A stretch of 32,000 nt of DNA from Adineta vaga (lineage: Eukaryota > Animalia > Rotifera), in assembly GCA_021613535.1 (NCBI GenBank), contig CP075492.1:2150260-2182259 (forward strand). The letters run 5' to 3'. The position numbers and the translations under genes were made by a program. The stretch's first letter is position 1. The number at the start of each line of letters is the position of its first letter. The notes under the pieces were generated by a model. The model made no database searches, had not been told where the DNA came from, and was given only the letters and a program-made list of their open reading frames with translations. Below, one piece after another: positions 20,109-32,000 of the stretch.

Positions 20109-22119
20109 TTATTATCAATCCAAAATATTTTAATAAAATGACTTAAAAATCTATTTATAAAATATGCATCTTTTTTTTTGATTAAATAATAAATAAATAT
20201 TGTTCAAGATGATTCGTTTGACCTTCAACTAATTGTTTGTTAATTGAAGATAAAATAGTCTTAAAGAATGTTTCTCATGGAAATGCGTGCTTTAATCCTT
20301 AGTCATTGTCGGGGGACCCATTTCACAGATTTTTCTTTCAAAGTGCATCAAGAGTTTCTGTGTTGGACTAATCTATTTATCTAATCTTTAGACTTATGTC
20401 GGTCTATATCATCCTTATATGAAATCATAGATAAGTCTTATAGATGAAAAACACAGCTGTGGGTTTGAGTGGACCCTATGTCAATTTGGTAGGGCAGAAA
20501 TCGATAGGATCAATGAATTTTCGATCATTTCATGGAACGGGATTCCAACTTCGTATCCAGGCATTAGTTTCCAGTGTAGTTCCAATTGAATCTCTGATAC
20601 GGATATATGAATCGAGATTTTTAGATTTGAAATCTTTGCTTTAGATTTTCTTTATTAATCTACATTTTAAGTAAACAAATATTTTAGAGTATTCTCATAT
20701 ACAATCAATGAAAAGGATATGGAAGTCTAACACTGATTCCGATGACGACAATCATGAAAAGGATATCTTGAGGGTGAGGATGTGGATGTTGTCTCGTTAC
20801 CTACATCTTCATCTATATTCACACCCTAATTTTATTTTTAATGCGTATTATTTCTCGATTATATTCTCTTTATCATTCTTCAAATCCAATATTTAATCGA
20901 AACTTTTGTAAAGCTTAAGGTTATTTAATAGAAATCAGTGCAATGTTATATCGATAGTTATTAACAATTGCTTGTTAACTTCATCAAAATTCTCGCCTTC
21001 GTCTTTTTTCAACTGCATCAATTGCACGAAAAATAGTTGCCTTATTTTATATTCGTTCGAAGAATAGATTATATAACTTGTATGATATCAACAGATTAAC
21101 TAGCAAGTGACTCATTTATGCAATTATTTACAAAAGTAACAAGTCTTATGATTTATAATCATGGAGAACGATTTCGTAATAAACAAAGAATTGCTCTCAA
21201 TGATTTAACTATGGAACAGTAACATGAAAAACAAAATGATTTACTAATGATTGTATTTTATTGAAATTAGTTTTTGTGCAGAATTCGTACTATGATATAA
21301 TATCTTCTGTTTTAATTGTCATTTGATGTTAATATATATACAATGGGAGAAGATGTTTCAGGTATCACAATTCAATAATTGTAATCTATAAATCTTATTT
21401 TCTTTTACTTTACTATTTTAGTTGAATAACTTATTGATCGACAGCAATATAATAGACTTAATTTTTTTCCTTATTTCTTTTCTTTTATTATAAAAATTTT
21501 CAATATATTCATTTCTAAAGTATTTGTACTCTTTTATTTTAAAAATTTTCTCTAAAATCACTATAATATGGTACTAATAAAAACAGTGATCGATACAAAA
21601 TTATATACACATCCTTAAAACGGGCCGACTTACTTATTCAATTCGATCGAACAACACCACAATCAACGCTCTACCAGAACAAGTAGGTGTCCGATGCTAT
21701 TGGACTTCGTTGACGACCGCCTGCACTATTCCACATCCTAAAACAAAAATAAAACAATACATACAAAAAGCAACACAATTTAAAGTAGGTTATAATCTCT
21801 CTCTCTCTCTCAGCCCACGCTATAATCATCTATAAGCAAGGAAAAAATCACGTACTCAGAGCATCCAGAAAATTCTTCTTCGAAAATGCCTGATTAATCA
21901 ATGGTCGATTTGCGTTGTTGCATTCAGTCACATCGACGTTAAACTTTGATATGGTAAAGAAAGAGAATATACCCAATGATTTTTCTTCCTACAACAGAGC
22001 ATTCCATGGACTTTGATCATACAAAATGGTGGATAATGGAATTTTTCCCATTAAAAATACACAATTTCTCTTAAAATTCAGTCATGCTCCACATTCTCAT
22101 ACTCTCTCCCTCTTCAGCC

Positions 22120-22127
22120 TATATAAG
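22120..22127 (+). promoter_or_regulatory. Putative TATA box upstream of the coiled-coil ORF
   Basis: ctatataagacg ~140 bp before ATG at 22262; a 5'UTR intron (acaa|gtaagc...cgtttag) is also plausible. Confidence 0.4.
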
Positions 22128-22261
22128 ACGCCACTTTCCTTCATTGTCTTTATCATTCAATCAACCTACACTAACAAGTAAGCTTCTCTTAGACACTTTC
22201 ATCATTTATATTATTATTATCGTTTAGATATATTCATTACAAACAATATATCTTTTATGTC

Positions 22262-23842
22262 ATGACTTCCAATAGTAAAAGCAATGATTTGTCAAATAAC
22301 TGTTGGTATATGGATGTACAAAATCAAAAGCAAACACATCAGCTTGAATCAAATGAAGGCAGTCTCATATCAGAACTAGAACAGCAACAACAACAACAAA
22401 CACAGTCGATAAAAAGAAAAAAATGCCACGGTAATCGAAAGCAACAGCGCTATCGTCGTAATCTTAGAAATCAAGGTATGAATCCAGATGCAATTAATGG
22501 AATAATCAGTAGTGAATGCATTAGTACAAATTTATCTGCAAGTGATAAAATAAATGAAGAAGAAAAAGAAGAAATGATACAATCAACCGGCGGACATATT
22601 GCTAAATTACTTGAAACAAACAAAACAATTGAACAGAATGAAATCCATCAAGAAAAAATCAACATCAAGAAAAAGAAACAGAAATCTAAATCAACTGAAT
22701 CCAATTCAATGGCAAAAACTAAAGTACCAATGGTCGATACCATAGATTACACTACTATACCTGATGAAGTATTCTCTCAAATGTTTTCTCAAGCTTTTAA
22801 TGAAAAAGAGACCATTTCCTGCTTTTCAAATGAAGATGAAAAGATCAAATTAATTCGTCAATATACAAGCTTGATCGATTGTTTATGTTATTCACAATTA
22901 CAAGAATTTCAATGGCGATATTATCAACAAATTGGCATAACACAAAATGTTTGGTATGGTCATATCACAAAACATTTAGCTGAGAAATATTCAATCTGTC
23001 CTTCATATGGTAGATCGAAAACAGCCATTCAACAACGTTTAAAACAAATTGAAACACGTTTACAACAAGCTCAAAATGCAATTAAAGAGTTTGAAGAAGA
23101 GATCTTGTTAAAATGTCCACAATACAGAGATCGCTTTCATGTCATTACAAAATTATCTTCTATTGTTAATCAGTTTGTTCAAGAAAAACAAAATGTCGTA
23201 CGACATGAATTCCAAATCAAACGAAAGATACTAATCATGGATGCAAATGATCATCAACTACTTCAAGAATTTCTTAACATAGAACCACACCAATCTCATG
23301 TAAGTAAATAATTTTCCATCAATATCCTTGTACTTGACGTATATATTCACTTGACTGGATTTTAGATCATAACACCCAAACGTATCTGGCAAGCTACTGT
23401 TCAACAAATGTTAATAGAAGAAGACATTGCTTTATTACAATGTCGGCTTACTTCATCACAAACTCAATCACCGTCTAACTTGCTAGGCGCTATGATTGAA
23501 GACATCAATAAGCAACTAACCAATTTAAAGGAAAATAATCGAACAGCAGCAGATACATCTAGTGTTAACTTGGATGAAATCGACAAACTGCAAACTTTCA
23601 GAAAAGATATTATTCAACAAGCAACGAATACCAGTCGCCGATTGATACAGAATATCGACGAAAAGAATGCACTTGAAATAGAGAAATATTCCAAAAAGAC
23701 ACGTTTCAACGAATCTAAATCCAATTGGCACAAAACAGCACTAAATGCCATTGAAACGCGTCGAATTCATGTGATCAGACGAGCAAATTTGATCATCAAA
23801 CACAAACTAGAATCAATCGCCATTTCCAACGATCACAGATGA
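22262..23842 (+). CDS. Coiled-coil, Lys/Gln-rich protein, two exons (22262-23299, 23366-23842); candidate structural ORF of a Terminon-type unit
   Basis: Long ORF MTSNSKSNDLSNNCWYMD...EPHQSH|IITPKRIWQATVQQMLIEEDIALLQCRLTSSQT...ISNDHR*; donor GTAAGT, acceptor GATTTTAG; heptad-like segments (AIQQRLKQIETRLQQAQNAIKEFEEEIL). Confidence 0.7.
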
Positions 23843-24372
23843 ATATTAGAGACAGAGTACCCTAATTAAAGAAAACATTCAAATTATTATCACTTTTCAT
23901 CAAACTAGTATTTCTGAACAATTTCTCTCTTATTAAAATTATATTTCCTTCTACAAAGATATATATTTGATTTTTCTCTAGTCTAAGAATTCCAAAAACA
24001 TATCTTAAATGAATTTCATTTATTCTAGATAATATATTACAAACCAAAGCCGAAATTAATCTTTGAATTATGATAACAAATCACCTATTCTCAACACGAA
24101 AATGAACTACACAAATCTTTATAAACAAGCGAATACCTTCTAATACATTCCGCGCATTATTTACTAACTACCATAGATCATAAAAAACCAAGATTATCCT
24201 ACAAAATAGACATCATATAACAATCAACATATACAGCGAACTAACAAAAACAACCACAATCTATTCCTATGCCGAACATAGAGTAACTCAAAAAACTTCC
24301 AAAAATGATTTTAAACAATTTTTCTCAATTTCAGATTGATTTAAAATATTTTGAAATCATTTTTGAATAAGA

Positions 24373-24417
24373 AGCCATTTGATAAGAACTTTAGTAAGTT
24401 CGAAACCGGTCATGGCT
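24373..24417 (+). ncRNA. Hammerhead ribozyme-like motif, upstream copy, variant core UUGAUAA; predicted cleavage after C24411
   Basis: AGCCAT-TTGATAA-GAACTT(tagt)AAGTTC-GAA-AC(cg)GT-C^ATGGCT. Confidence 0.75.
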
Positions 24418-24589
24418 GCTAGGAAACACACCGCTTACAGTCGAAAATACCATTATAAGTCGAGGTTTATGACTTTTTGTCATGAAATTTGATTTATGAC
24501 AGTGTATTTTGTTCAGAATTGTTTAAATTTGATTAATTTTGACTTTTTAAAGTTAGAATTGATTAGATTTTGAACATTTTTGAATAAGA

Positions 24590-24634
24590 AGCCATTTGAT
24601 AAGAACTTTAGTAAGTTCGAAACCGGTCATGGCT
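24590..24634 (+). ncRNA. Hammerhead ribozyme-like motif, downstream copy, identical to 24373-24417; predicted cleavage after C24628
   Basis: same sequence 217 bp downstream, followed by GCTAGGAAACACCCACAACCTCACCCACACCC. Confidence 0.75.
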
Positions 24635-24642
24635 GCTAGGAA

Positions 24643-24667
24643 ACACCCACAACCTCACCCACACCCT
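24643..24667 (+). repeat. Telomere-like tract adjacent to the hammerhead, C-rich on +
   Basis: acacccacaacctcacccacaccct. Confidence 0.8.
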
Positions 24668-25515
24668 TTTTTGTTTTAATTGATTGAATTTTACGCAGGT
24701 TTTTTGCGCAAAATAAACATGAAAAATGGTACATGTAATCTTCATCGAAGTACTCGTGCACCCGTAAACTCTGTTTACAAACAAACAATAGTCATGATTG
24801 ATGAATGTGTTGAATATAAATCTTGATGAGACCTACAACGTTATATGTGTCACCGACGGGATGATCCGAGAGTCCGAAAGAGTTCAGTAGTACTCAACAA
24901 ATAAGTCCTCATCTCATTAGGTACAAAAGTTGTTAACCGCAAACGAAAGTTGTGTTTGTTTTCAGCGAAATTTAGACAAGTAAAAGTGATCAAATTACTT
25001 ATTGAATTCGATGTCTGTGTAAGATAAGAAACAATTTATTCTATTTGATTCTCATACATATTCAACCAGTCCTTCATTTCGATCTCGTTGGTTGGATTTA
25101 CGAGACTGAAAGTCATACTAAAATTCAACAGAATTTCTTTTCCCTTCGTCCTAGTAATAGAAAATGTTTTTTAGTTTATGTTAGAGAGTTGTCCATGCTT
25201 AATAGAACTGCGAAAAAATTTTCTGTCATTCTGTTTCGCTCTCTCGTTAAAGTGTATTACAATTCTTTTTATTTTAAAACAAAATATAAATTTGTCGCTG
25301 ATGATTCCATTCTTCTATCGCAACTCTATGGGAGGCCATGTCTTTAGCACAGTTAAATATTCGCTTTACAAAAATTATTGTGATGAAAATAGAAGTAACT
25401 ATCTTTATCGTTTGACTCGTAGTTTGTTTTGCTGTTCTGTTGGACCTGTGTAGATACTGCGTGTCCATAAATAGCCAATTGCTAGAGTGAATAGCATGAG
25501 TAGTAAAGAAAAAAC

Positions 25516-25531
25516 GGGTGAGGGTGGGTGC
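25516..25531 (+). repeat. Short telomere-like tract, G-rich on +
   Basis: gggtgagggtgggtgc. Confidence 0.45.
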
Positions 25532-26080
25532 ATGCTGGCGAAAACCTCAATGGGTTAGATAGGCGAATAAAATTAGTTTTAAAATATCAAAAATCCAGAT
25601 TTTCTCTCTTGATGGTCATATTTTGCTTTTCGCAGGTCGTGATTTGATCCATAGTTTTCAATGTGCGCACACCCTATTTCTCTCTTTCATTCACTTCAAG
25701 CACTTAGCGGTAGTAAACGACAAAACAGGTAATCCAATCGATCATTTGTTTTATCATCATATACCATTCATGTTAACAACAGAGAGGTCGATATATTCTG
25801 CAAAACTTATATTTAGAATAGATTGGTCTTCTATATTTGTAGATACTATCCTTCATTAACTTTCATTCAAATAAATACTGTTTACATAGATTTCAACAAA
25901 TAGGCTGATACAATGAGATGTAATTATATGTTGCATGTATATCATGGGCAAACTTCGATGCTGAAACTATATCTGCCAATTTGAGATTATTTTAAGCTTT
26001 ACCAGCTGAGCACGCTGTTACATGAAGCACAGACAAACGAAAAAACAAGTCATTCTCAATAGGTTCTATACCGTTAGATT

Positions 26081-29000
26081 TCACCGAATACATCGGGTTA
26101 ACAATGCCAAAAGCTGTTGTTTATAAACTGTAGACGGCAAAATAAATATCAGACTGTTCAATACATATGGTAAATAAGATATAAAGTATCCAATCATAGG
26201 TAGGTAGGGATATGCATTTCTCGTTGGTCGTATGCATGTCGTATGAAATGCGATGATCACTCTCGGTACTTTAAGAAGAACTAACACAATTGGACTGATT
26301 ATTAAATGTTGATGTTTTCGAATATTATCACGAAATCGAATTTTTTCGCTTTGATTCGTTCGAGCTTTGATTCTTGCTGTGAGAACAATGATCGTCATTG
26401 CCGATATACCATTGATAATAAATGGTGCGATAAAATTAATCAAATTAATTGTCGAATCGTATGTTTGAAGAAATGTTGACGAATATGAGACAACACACCA
26501 TGTTCTTCGTTCAAACTCATCGTACAATAAACGTCGATGTAATGGATCATGTACCGTCATGCAGATCGTACAAAGAAAAACTAATCCGATTACGAATTTC
26601 GCTAATTTGTAACTGGTCTTTTGCTGAAATTTCACTCCCCGTTGAACAATCGAAACATTTTCGATTGATAAACATGCATGTAACCAATCACAGGTAATCG
26701 GCAAACATTTTAATAGATATTCAATAATTATACAACTTGATAGATTAATTTGTTCAAAAATTAGCAATAAAATTTGAATAAAACAAATAATTATCGTTAA
26801 AATTGATAATAAAGATGAACTCAATAAATAAATACCTCTTCCTGTTTGTCGAATAATTAACTGACAAAATGTAACAGTAGAACCTAATCCATCTACAATT
26901 CCACACATGAAAATAACACAACAGACGACGAAACTAATATGAATGATTTGTAATTGTTCAATCAACGAGGCATTTGGTTTAATATACGGTCCAAGAATAG
27001 TATTCAATGAAAATATATATCCCTTTATACTAAATTGACATAAACTCCCAAAGGTGCATTGTGGACACAAACATATACTTGTAGTTGGACATCGTTCTCT
27101 ATCTTGTACGCATTCTCCATTATTCTGACATGGATTATCTTGATTTGGACATCGTGCAGTATTATTTGTAGTAATAAATGCAATACAATCAGTTTGATTA
27201 AATTTATTGCATAGACAAACTTGAGTATCGTCGTAAAAACACGAGATATAGTTTATACATGGACGCTGGTAAAATTTTACTCGACGAAGATAAGGTAAAG
27301 ATGGGAAATCTTGATTGAAGAATTCATTTATATGAGGACATCGATTTGAATTTGTGATTTCTACTGTAGTTTGATTAAAAGGAAGGGAACTAAGCAGAAC
27401 AAGATGTAATGGAAGTGATTTTTTGTTATCTGCAATAAATTGAATAAAAACGATCGGTGGGAGTTGGTTTGTTGGGTGAAATAGTTCGGTTTCGCTTTCA
27501 TGAAAACGAATTTGTTTGAAATACGAACGAACTTGATGTTCGGAATGATCAAGTAATGAAATAAAATGAACGAGGATCGACGGTGGAATAGCAATCGAAG
27601 ATGAAAATCTAACATTTAAACGAGACGAAATGTGTTCACAATTTCGACCAAAATATCCCTCATCACAAACACAATACGCATCAATTGTTCGAATATCTGT
27701 TGCAACACAAATACCATGATTTCTACAAGGATTATCCTGACATGGATTATAATCAAGATAACATCGTGAACCAATTTTGTTTAAAGGACAAAAACATATT
27801 CCCGGAATAACACAAAGTGAATCCGGAGAGCAATCACATTCTTGCGGATGTTTTACATTACATAAAGAACCTGACCAACCTGGTTTACAATGACAAAATG
27901 AATATTCAGGGTTGTTTAAATATAATTCACATGAACCATGTAAACATGGCAAAGTTTGACAGTTTGTTCTGGTATTTTTAAAAATTCCTTCGGATAAAAT
28001 TATCTGCGAAGCAATACGATTCACATAAAGAAATTCGAATTTAATTGAAAAAAACCATGCACCTCGATATTCGATTGAAGAATTTGCTAAACGGTAGATT
28101 TGAATGCGTATATGATGTTTTATGTTTTCTCTCCGTTCTATTGGATATAATAGATCAATAATATACTTCGGTAAGCATTGTACATATGGTACATAAATAA
28201 TTTCTTCAGCATGAAATACAATCGAACTGTTGGATGTTTGAATAAGGGATATAAAAAACTTATAGACATTTGTTCGTTCAAGTAATGTTGGAATGTTAAT
28301 TTCAAGAATAAGACTTAATCTTTTTCGTTGATATTCACATCGATTTCCATAATAAGCGGGTGGGCAAAAACATTGAAAACTGCCTGGATCTACAGTCGAT
28401 TGTATAGGTACACCCCGATTACAATACCAGCCAAGAAAAGTATACGATTTACGAGTAGATCGTTGAGAAACTGGTTTAAAAAGTGAGAGAACTGGTAATG
28501 TAAATGGAGAGATTAATGGTTGATCTATTAAATCACATAACCACTCATCTTCATTGTGTTTACATCGCGATTGACCATCGCAACGTTGGTTTTGAAGTTC
28601 GTTGGATTCTATGCACGGAAAATTCGTTCTGTCGCAGGAACTTTTCCAAGGACACAATAGAAGACTTTCGTCATCTTCTAAAGGACAATCTGAATGACAA
28701 TCACAAATTTGATACGGACTGATACATTTTGAATCGTTTAAACCTACAATAAACAAAACAAAGAACTTCTTTTCTTCTTTCTGGATGCAATTTTAAATTT
28801 ACATCTGTAACGTCGTTCGAATTCGTACGGATATTTGTTTCGACAATATTCACGTTCATCACTTGCTCCTAAACAATCGATCTTGCCATCGCCAATAACT
28901 TCCACCGAGGCGCAGACGCTATTACCACCCAGTTGAATACAAAAGAATTCGTCTCCATTAAAATCACATATTTCTGCTGATAGAGTATTTCCACAAGTGT

Positions 29001-30990
29001 GTTCATCACTTCCATCACGACAATTCCATTGACCATTACAAGCGGTATATCGTGAGACGCAAGAATATTCATCACAATCTGTTTCATCTGTATCTTGATC
29101 TTGGATAGTCGGCTGAAGACGTTCTATTCCATCACATATTTCTCCAAAAGGAATTATTTGATTAACTTCCTTGCGACCGGCTAGAATATCACAAGATTCA
29201 ATGGAAGTATTTGTACATAATATAGTTAAAGATTCATCAGATCCATCAACACAATGTCTTTCAATATCGATGAGAAAACGGCGAGGTATACATCGTTTTT
29301 CTAATTTACATTGGAAACGATGAGGAAGAGCAAGATCACATGTGCCATTGTAATTTTCATCTGTGCCGTTATAACAATCGACCACATGATCTTGTAATCG
29401 ATGTTGTGAGATACATTTCGATGAATTCGAGCAATGAAATAGCGATGAATGTGGACAGGTCGAATCTTTCGTCACCGCCAATCCTGCAAAGAAATATGAT
29501 TTTATTTCACAGAGAAGTGCTCTATCTCTCTACTTACTTGGCAACGAACATCCGCCAAAAGTAGTATGCAATATTTTAAAAATAATTTTCCAATCGCCAT
29601 AATATTCGTTTTGATGAAATGCTCCAAATTGATTAATATGTGAGCATGTTCGATTGTAGATTATATCTGTTACTCGATATTGTGAACATCGTATGGAATC
29701 AAAACAAATGAATGTAGGAACAAAGTTTGCATGCCATGAATATGTTCTATTCAATGCATAAAGAAAATAGACATGATTATCATAGATAGGTTTCAATGGA
29801 AACATTATTAACGATTGATTGACACATTTCAGTTTGACTTGTGCATTACAAGTATACTTCGAACTACATAACAATTGACATTCAGATTTCGCCATAGGAA
29901 AGATAAAAGCGCATCTTAAATAATTTAAACATTCATTTGTCGGTTGAAAAAGTTGCCTCTTATAAAGTATATCTCGGCCATTAGTACATCCAAAAGGAGG
30001 TCTACGCATAACATGGGATGATGGATCTACACGTGCGACTTCTATACATCCACCATCACCACAACTGAATGGTCTTGATGAACTTATTGTCACTTGTAGG
30101 AGTTTATATGGATTACATGTCGTATCCTCACAATACCAAGAAACGTCATCGTAACATTGTCTATCATAAAATACTATTTCATCACTTTTATCTAAACAAT
30201 CTGCAATGAGATCATAGAAAAAATTGTTTGAAATACATAAACCGTTTGAACATCGATATTCAGTTAAAGGATCACATTCATTCATTTCAAGTTCAAAACA
30301 AAATTCTTCATCTTTGCCATTCAGACAATCGACATATCCTATGTACAAAGAAATCAATAGATGAATATGGCATTGTTGATGTTCAGTATCTAACGTACCA
30401 TTGCATATTTCACGCCAATCTAGACAGAGATTACGTCCGTCACAATGAATACCTTCTATACAAGTTCCATTTGTCTGTTCTAGTACATCCCACACTTCCG
30501 AATTCGTTCTCCATTCATATAATAAAGATATCATAGTGGCCATAGATATATCTGCAGGAAACGTAAATTGACATTTGGTACCAAATAATGGAGGCATACA
30601 TTTATAATAGAGATTTTCATCTGAATCATTCGTATTCATGTTTAATTGACGTCTTTGTCGATAGATTTCATAATCTTCTATCATATCTATTGGAGCATGA
30701 TCGATCAATAAAGTTTCACTTGTGACATTCAATTTGTACAAAAATGTGAACGTTACCCTATCTAATACAGAAGACGGAAACACGGAAACGTCCGGCGAAC
30801 GAACACAATACGGTACAAGTGTATACACGCGACCAAATGTTGTCATAAAATAATACAAACAGTTTGTTTCGAAGTCGAACTGTTCATTCCTCGTTTTGTA
30901 AAGTAATTCGGGATAATATGATACACCATGACAGATTTGTATGAAGACGAGAAACGCAGAATATACATATATCGTGTTCTCATACTTCAT
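26081..30990 (-). CDS. Large LDL-receptor class A / EGF / seven-transmembrane receptor, three exons
   Basis: Exons ~29541-30990, ~28803-29483, ~26081-28743. Joins: ...TTFGGCSLP|RLAVTKDSTCPHSSLFHC and ...EFERRYRC|LNDSKCISPYQICDC. Multiple LDLa (CDGQSRCKHNEDEWLC, CSNGLCISNNFFYDLIADCLDKSDE) and EGF modules (CQDNPCRNHGICVATDIRTIDAYCVCDEGYFGRNCE), then a rhodopsin-like 7TM block. Confidence 0.85.
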
Positions 30991-31499
30991 GCCTTATAAT
31001 TCTGTGTTAACCAGTGTGTCAAAATAGAGAATGACAGGATTTTCTGCTTCATTAAAATTATGATTGGGCAAATACATTGACATACCAGATGGTTTATTGT
31101 TGTCAAGGCGTGACATGATTGTGTTGATAAAATTGAGGAATGTTGTAAATAGAAGTTGATTTTACAGAACATTTGTTCTCTTATTTCTTTATCGAATTTG
31201 TTGAGTAGCTTAGAATGATGTTCAATTCAAATCGGTTAGAAAACGAGAAATTAAAGCAAATGATTTACATGATGATGTTCTTACAGAAAAGTCATTTTTC
31301 GATTAGAAGTTCCCTCGTCATTTTACATTGGATGCATCTGCGAACTACACAACCACTAAGCAAAGTTCTAAAAAAAATGATCACCTATTCATTTATGAGC
31401 TTCTTTGGAATCTGCATCTACATCTGATTTATTCGTATTTATTGTTATCGCTCGGTCTTTTTCAGACGATACAGAAAACTATGAGTTGTGGGAATAATT

Positions 31500-32000
31500 T
31501 TAGTGAAGAAAGGGATTGAAACTGCCAAATTTTTGAACACATGCACGACAGATACAACCGCCTTCGCAGTGATGAAGTGCTATATTGCTGAACTCAGTAC
31601 CTTTCTGACAGTTCGCGCAAGTGAACGGGCTACTCATTTGAGAATATTGTCCAAACGAACAAGACGAGATACGATGTTGCTTTTTCAGCGCTTCGCCACA
31701 CAACGATACCTTCTTATTTTGGCGGAGTTTATGTTCGTTTTGATATGATAATCCTGCCGAAGAGTGGCTACCGAAAAGTCTTGCAGCGTTTTGTTGTATT
31801 CGACATTCACCAACTGAACCAGTACATCGATCACTCATTGGCTTTCCTTTGTTAAACAGTGTAGCAAGGAATTGAGTGTATGCGTGATTGCGTTGTTTTT
31901 CTTGTTCAAGTTGCTGCCGAAGTGTTTGTAATTCATTAATTAACGGATCGTAAACATTCTTCAGAGATTGATTAACATCGGCAATAACTGGACGAATTTT
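31500..32000 (-). CDS. Uncharacterised protein with coiled-coil and Cys/His-rich C-terminus, open at window end
   Basis: Continuous reading KIRPVIADVNQSLKNVYDPLINELQTLRQQLEQEKQRNHAYTQFLATLFNKGKPMSDRC...FTCANCQKGTEFSNIALHHCEGGCICRACVQKFGSFNPFLH*. Confidence 0.6.
   Translation of the reverse strand, partial: KIRPVIADVNQSLKNVYDPLINELQTLRQQLEQEKQRNHAYTQFLATLFNKGKPMSDRCTGSVGECRIQQNAARLFGSHSSAGLSYQNEHKLRQNKKVSLCGEALKKQHRISSCSFGQYSQMSSPFTCANCQKGTEFSNIALHHCEGGCICRACVQKFGSFNPFLH

Larger units (their letters stand above)
24361..24646 (+). repeat. Tandem repeat (period 217 bp; exact 69-bp copies at 24361-24429 and 24578-24646), resembling PLE pseudo-LTRs
   Basis: ttttgaataagaagccatttgataagaactttagtaagttcgaaaccggtcatggctgctaggaaacac twice. 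Confidence 0.85.

Noticed and set aside
20770-20830. gagggtgaggatgtggatg ... tattcacaccctaa as another telomeric tract pair
   Set aside because: Too degenerate and short to distinguish from chance G/T-rich sequence.
25045-25859. Three overlapping or adjacent + strand ORFs of 78-100 aa
   Set aside because: No recognisable domain or convincing splice structure; left uncalled.
1-32000. CRISPR array, bacterial operons or phage-like defence system
   Set aside because: No spaced direct repeats of CRISPR type and no bacterial gene organisation; frequent short GT-AG introns indicate a eukaryotic genome.

Overview
The window looks like bdelloid rotifer DNA of subtelomeric character. This is inferred from (TGTGGG)n-type telomeric tracts, an Athena-type Penelope-like reverse transcriptase, 50-70 bp introns and F-box and EGF/7TM receptor families. 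Short telomere-like tracts occur at least nine times, in both orientations, and several sit exactly where a coding region is cut. The most notable system resembles Terminon-type telomere-attached retroelements. Unit A (~10.0-14.4 kb) starts at a C-rich telomeric tract, continues into a 5'-truncated, decayed Athena-like RT, and ends with a perfect minimal hammerhead ribozyme 11 nt before another C-rich telomeric tract. Unit B (~18.7-24.7 kb) carries a two-exon coiled-coil ORF and ends in two tandem hammerheads (217-bp period), the last one again next to C-rich telomeric repeats. The Unit B hammerheads have an unusual core, UUGAUAA instead of CUGAUGA, which replaces the C3-G8 core pair by U3-A8 while keeping all three stems. 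Two places have G-rich then C-rich telomeric tracts facing each other, as in telomere end fusions. Other content: a cathepsin-L-like protease with catalytic Cys replaced by Ser; a large LDLa/EGF/7TM receptor gene on the right and a truncated relative on the left; a Tc1-like transposase with telomeric repeats inside it; a 126-bp-arm inverted repeat; an F-box-like gene; and a small secreted Gly/Trp-rich peptide gene. Exon coordinates are hand-derived and may be off by 1-2 bases.
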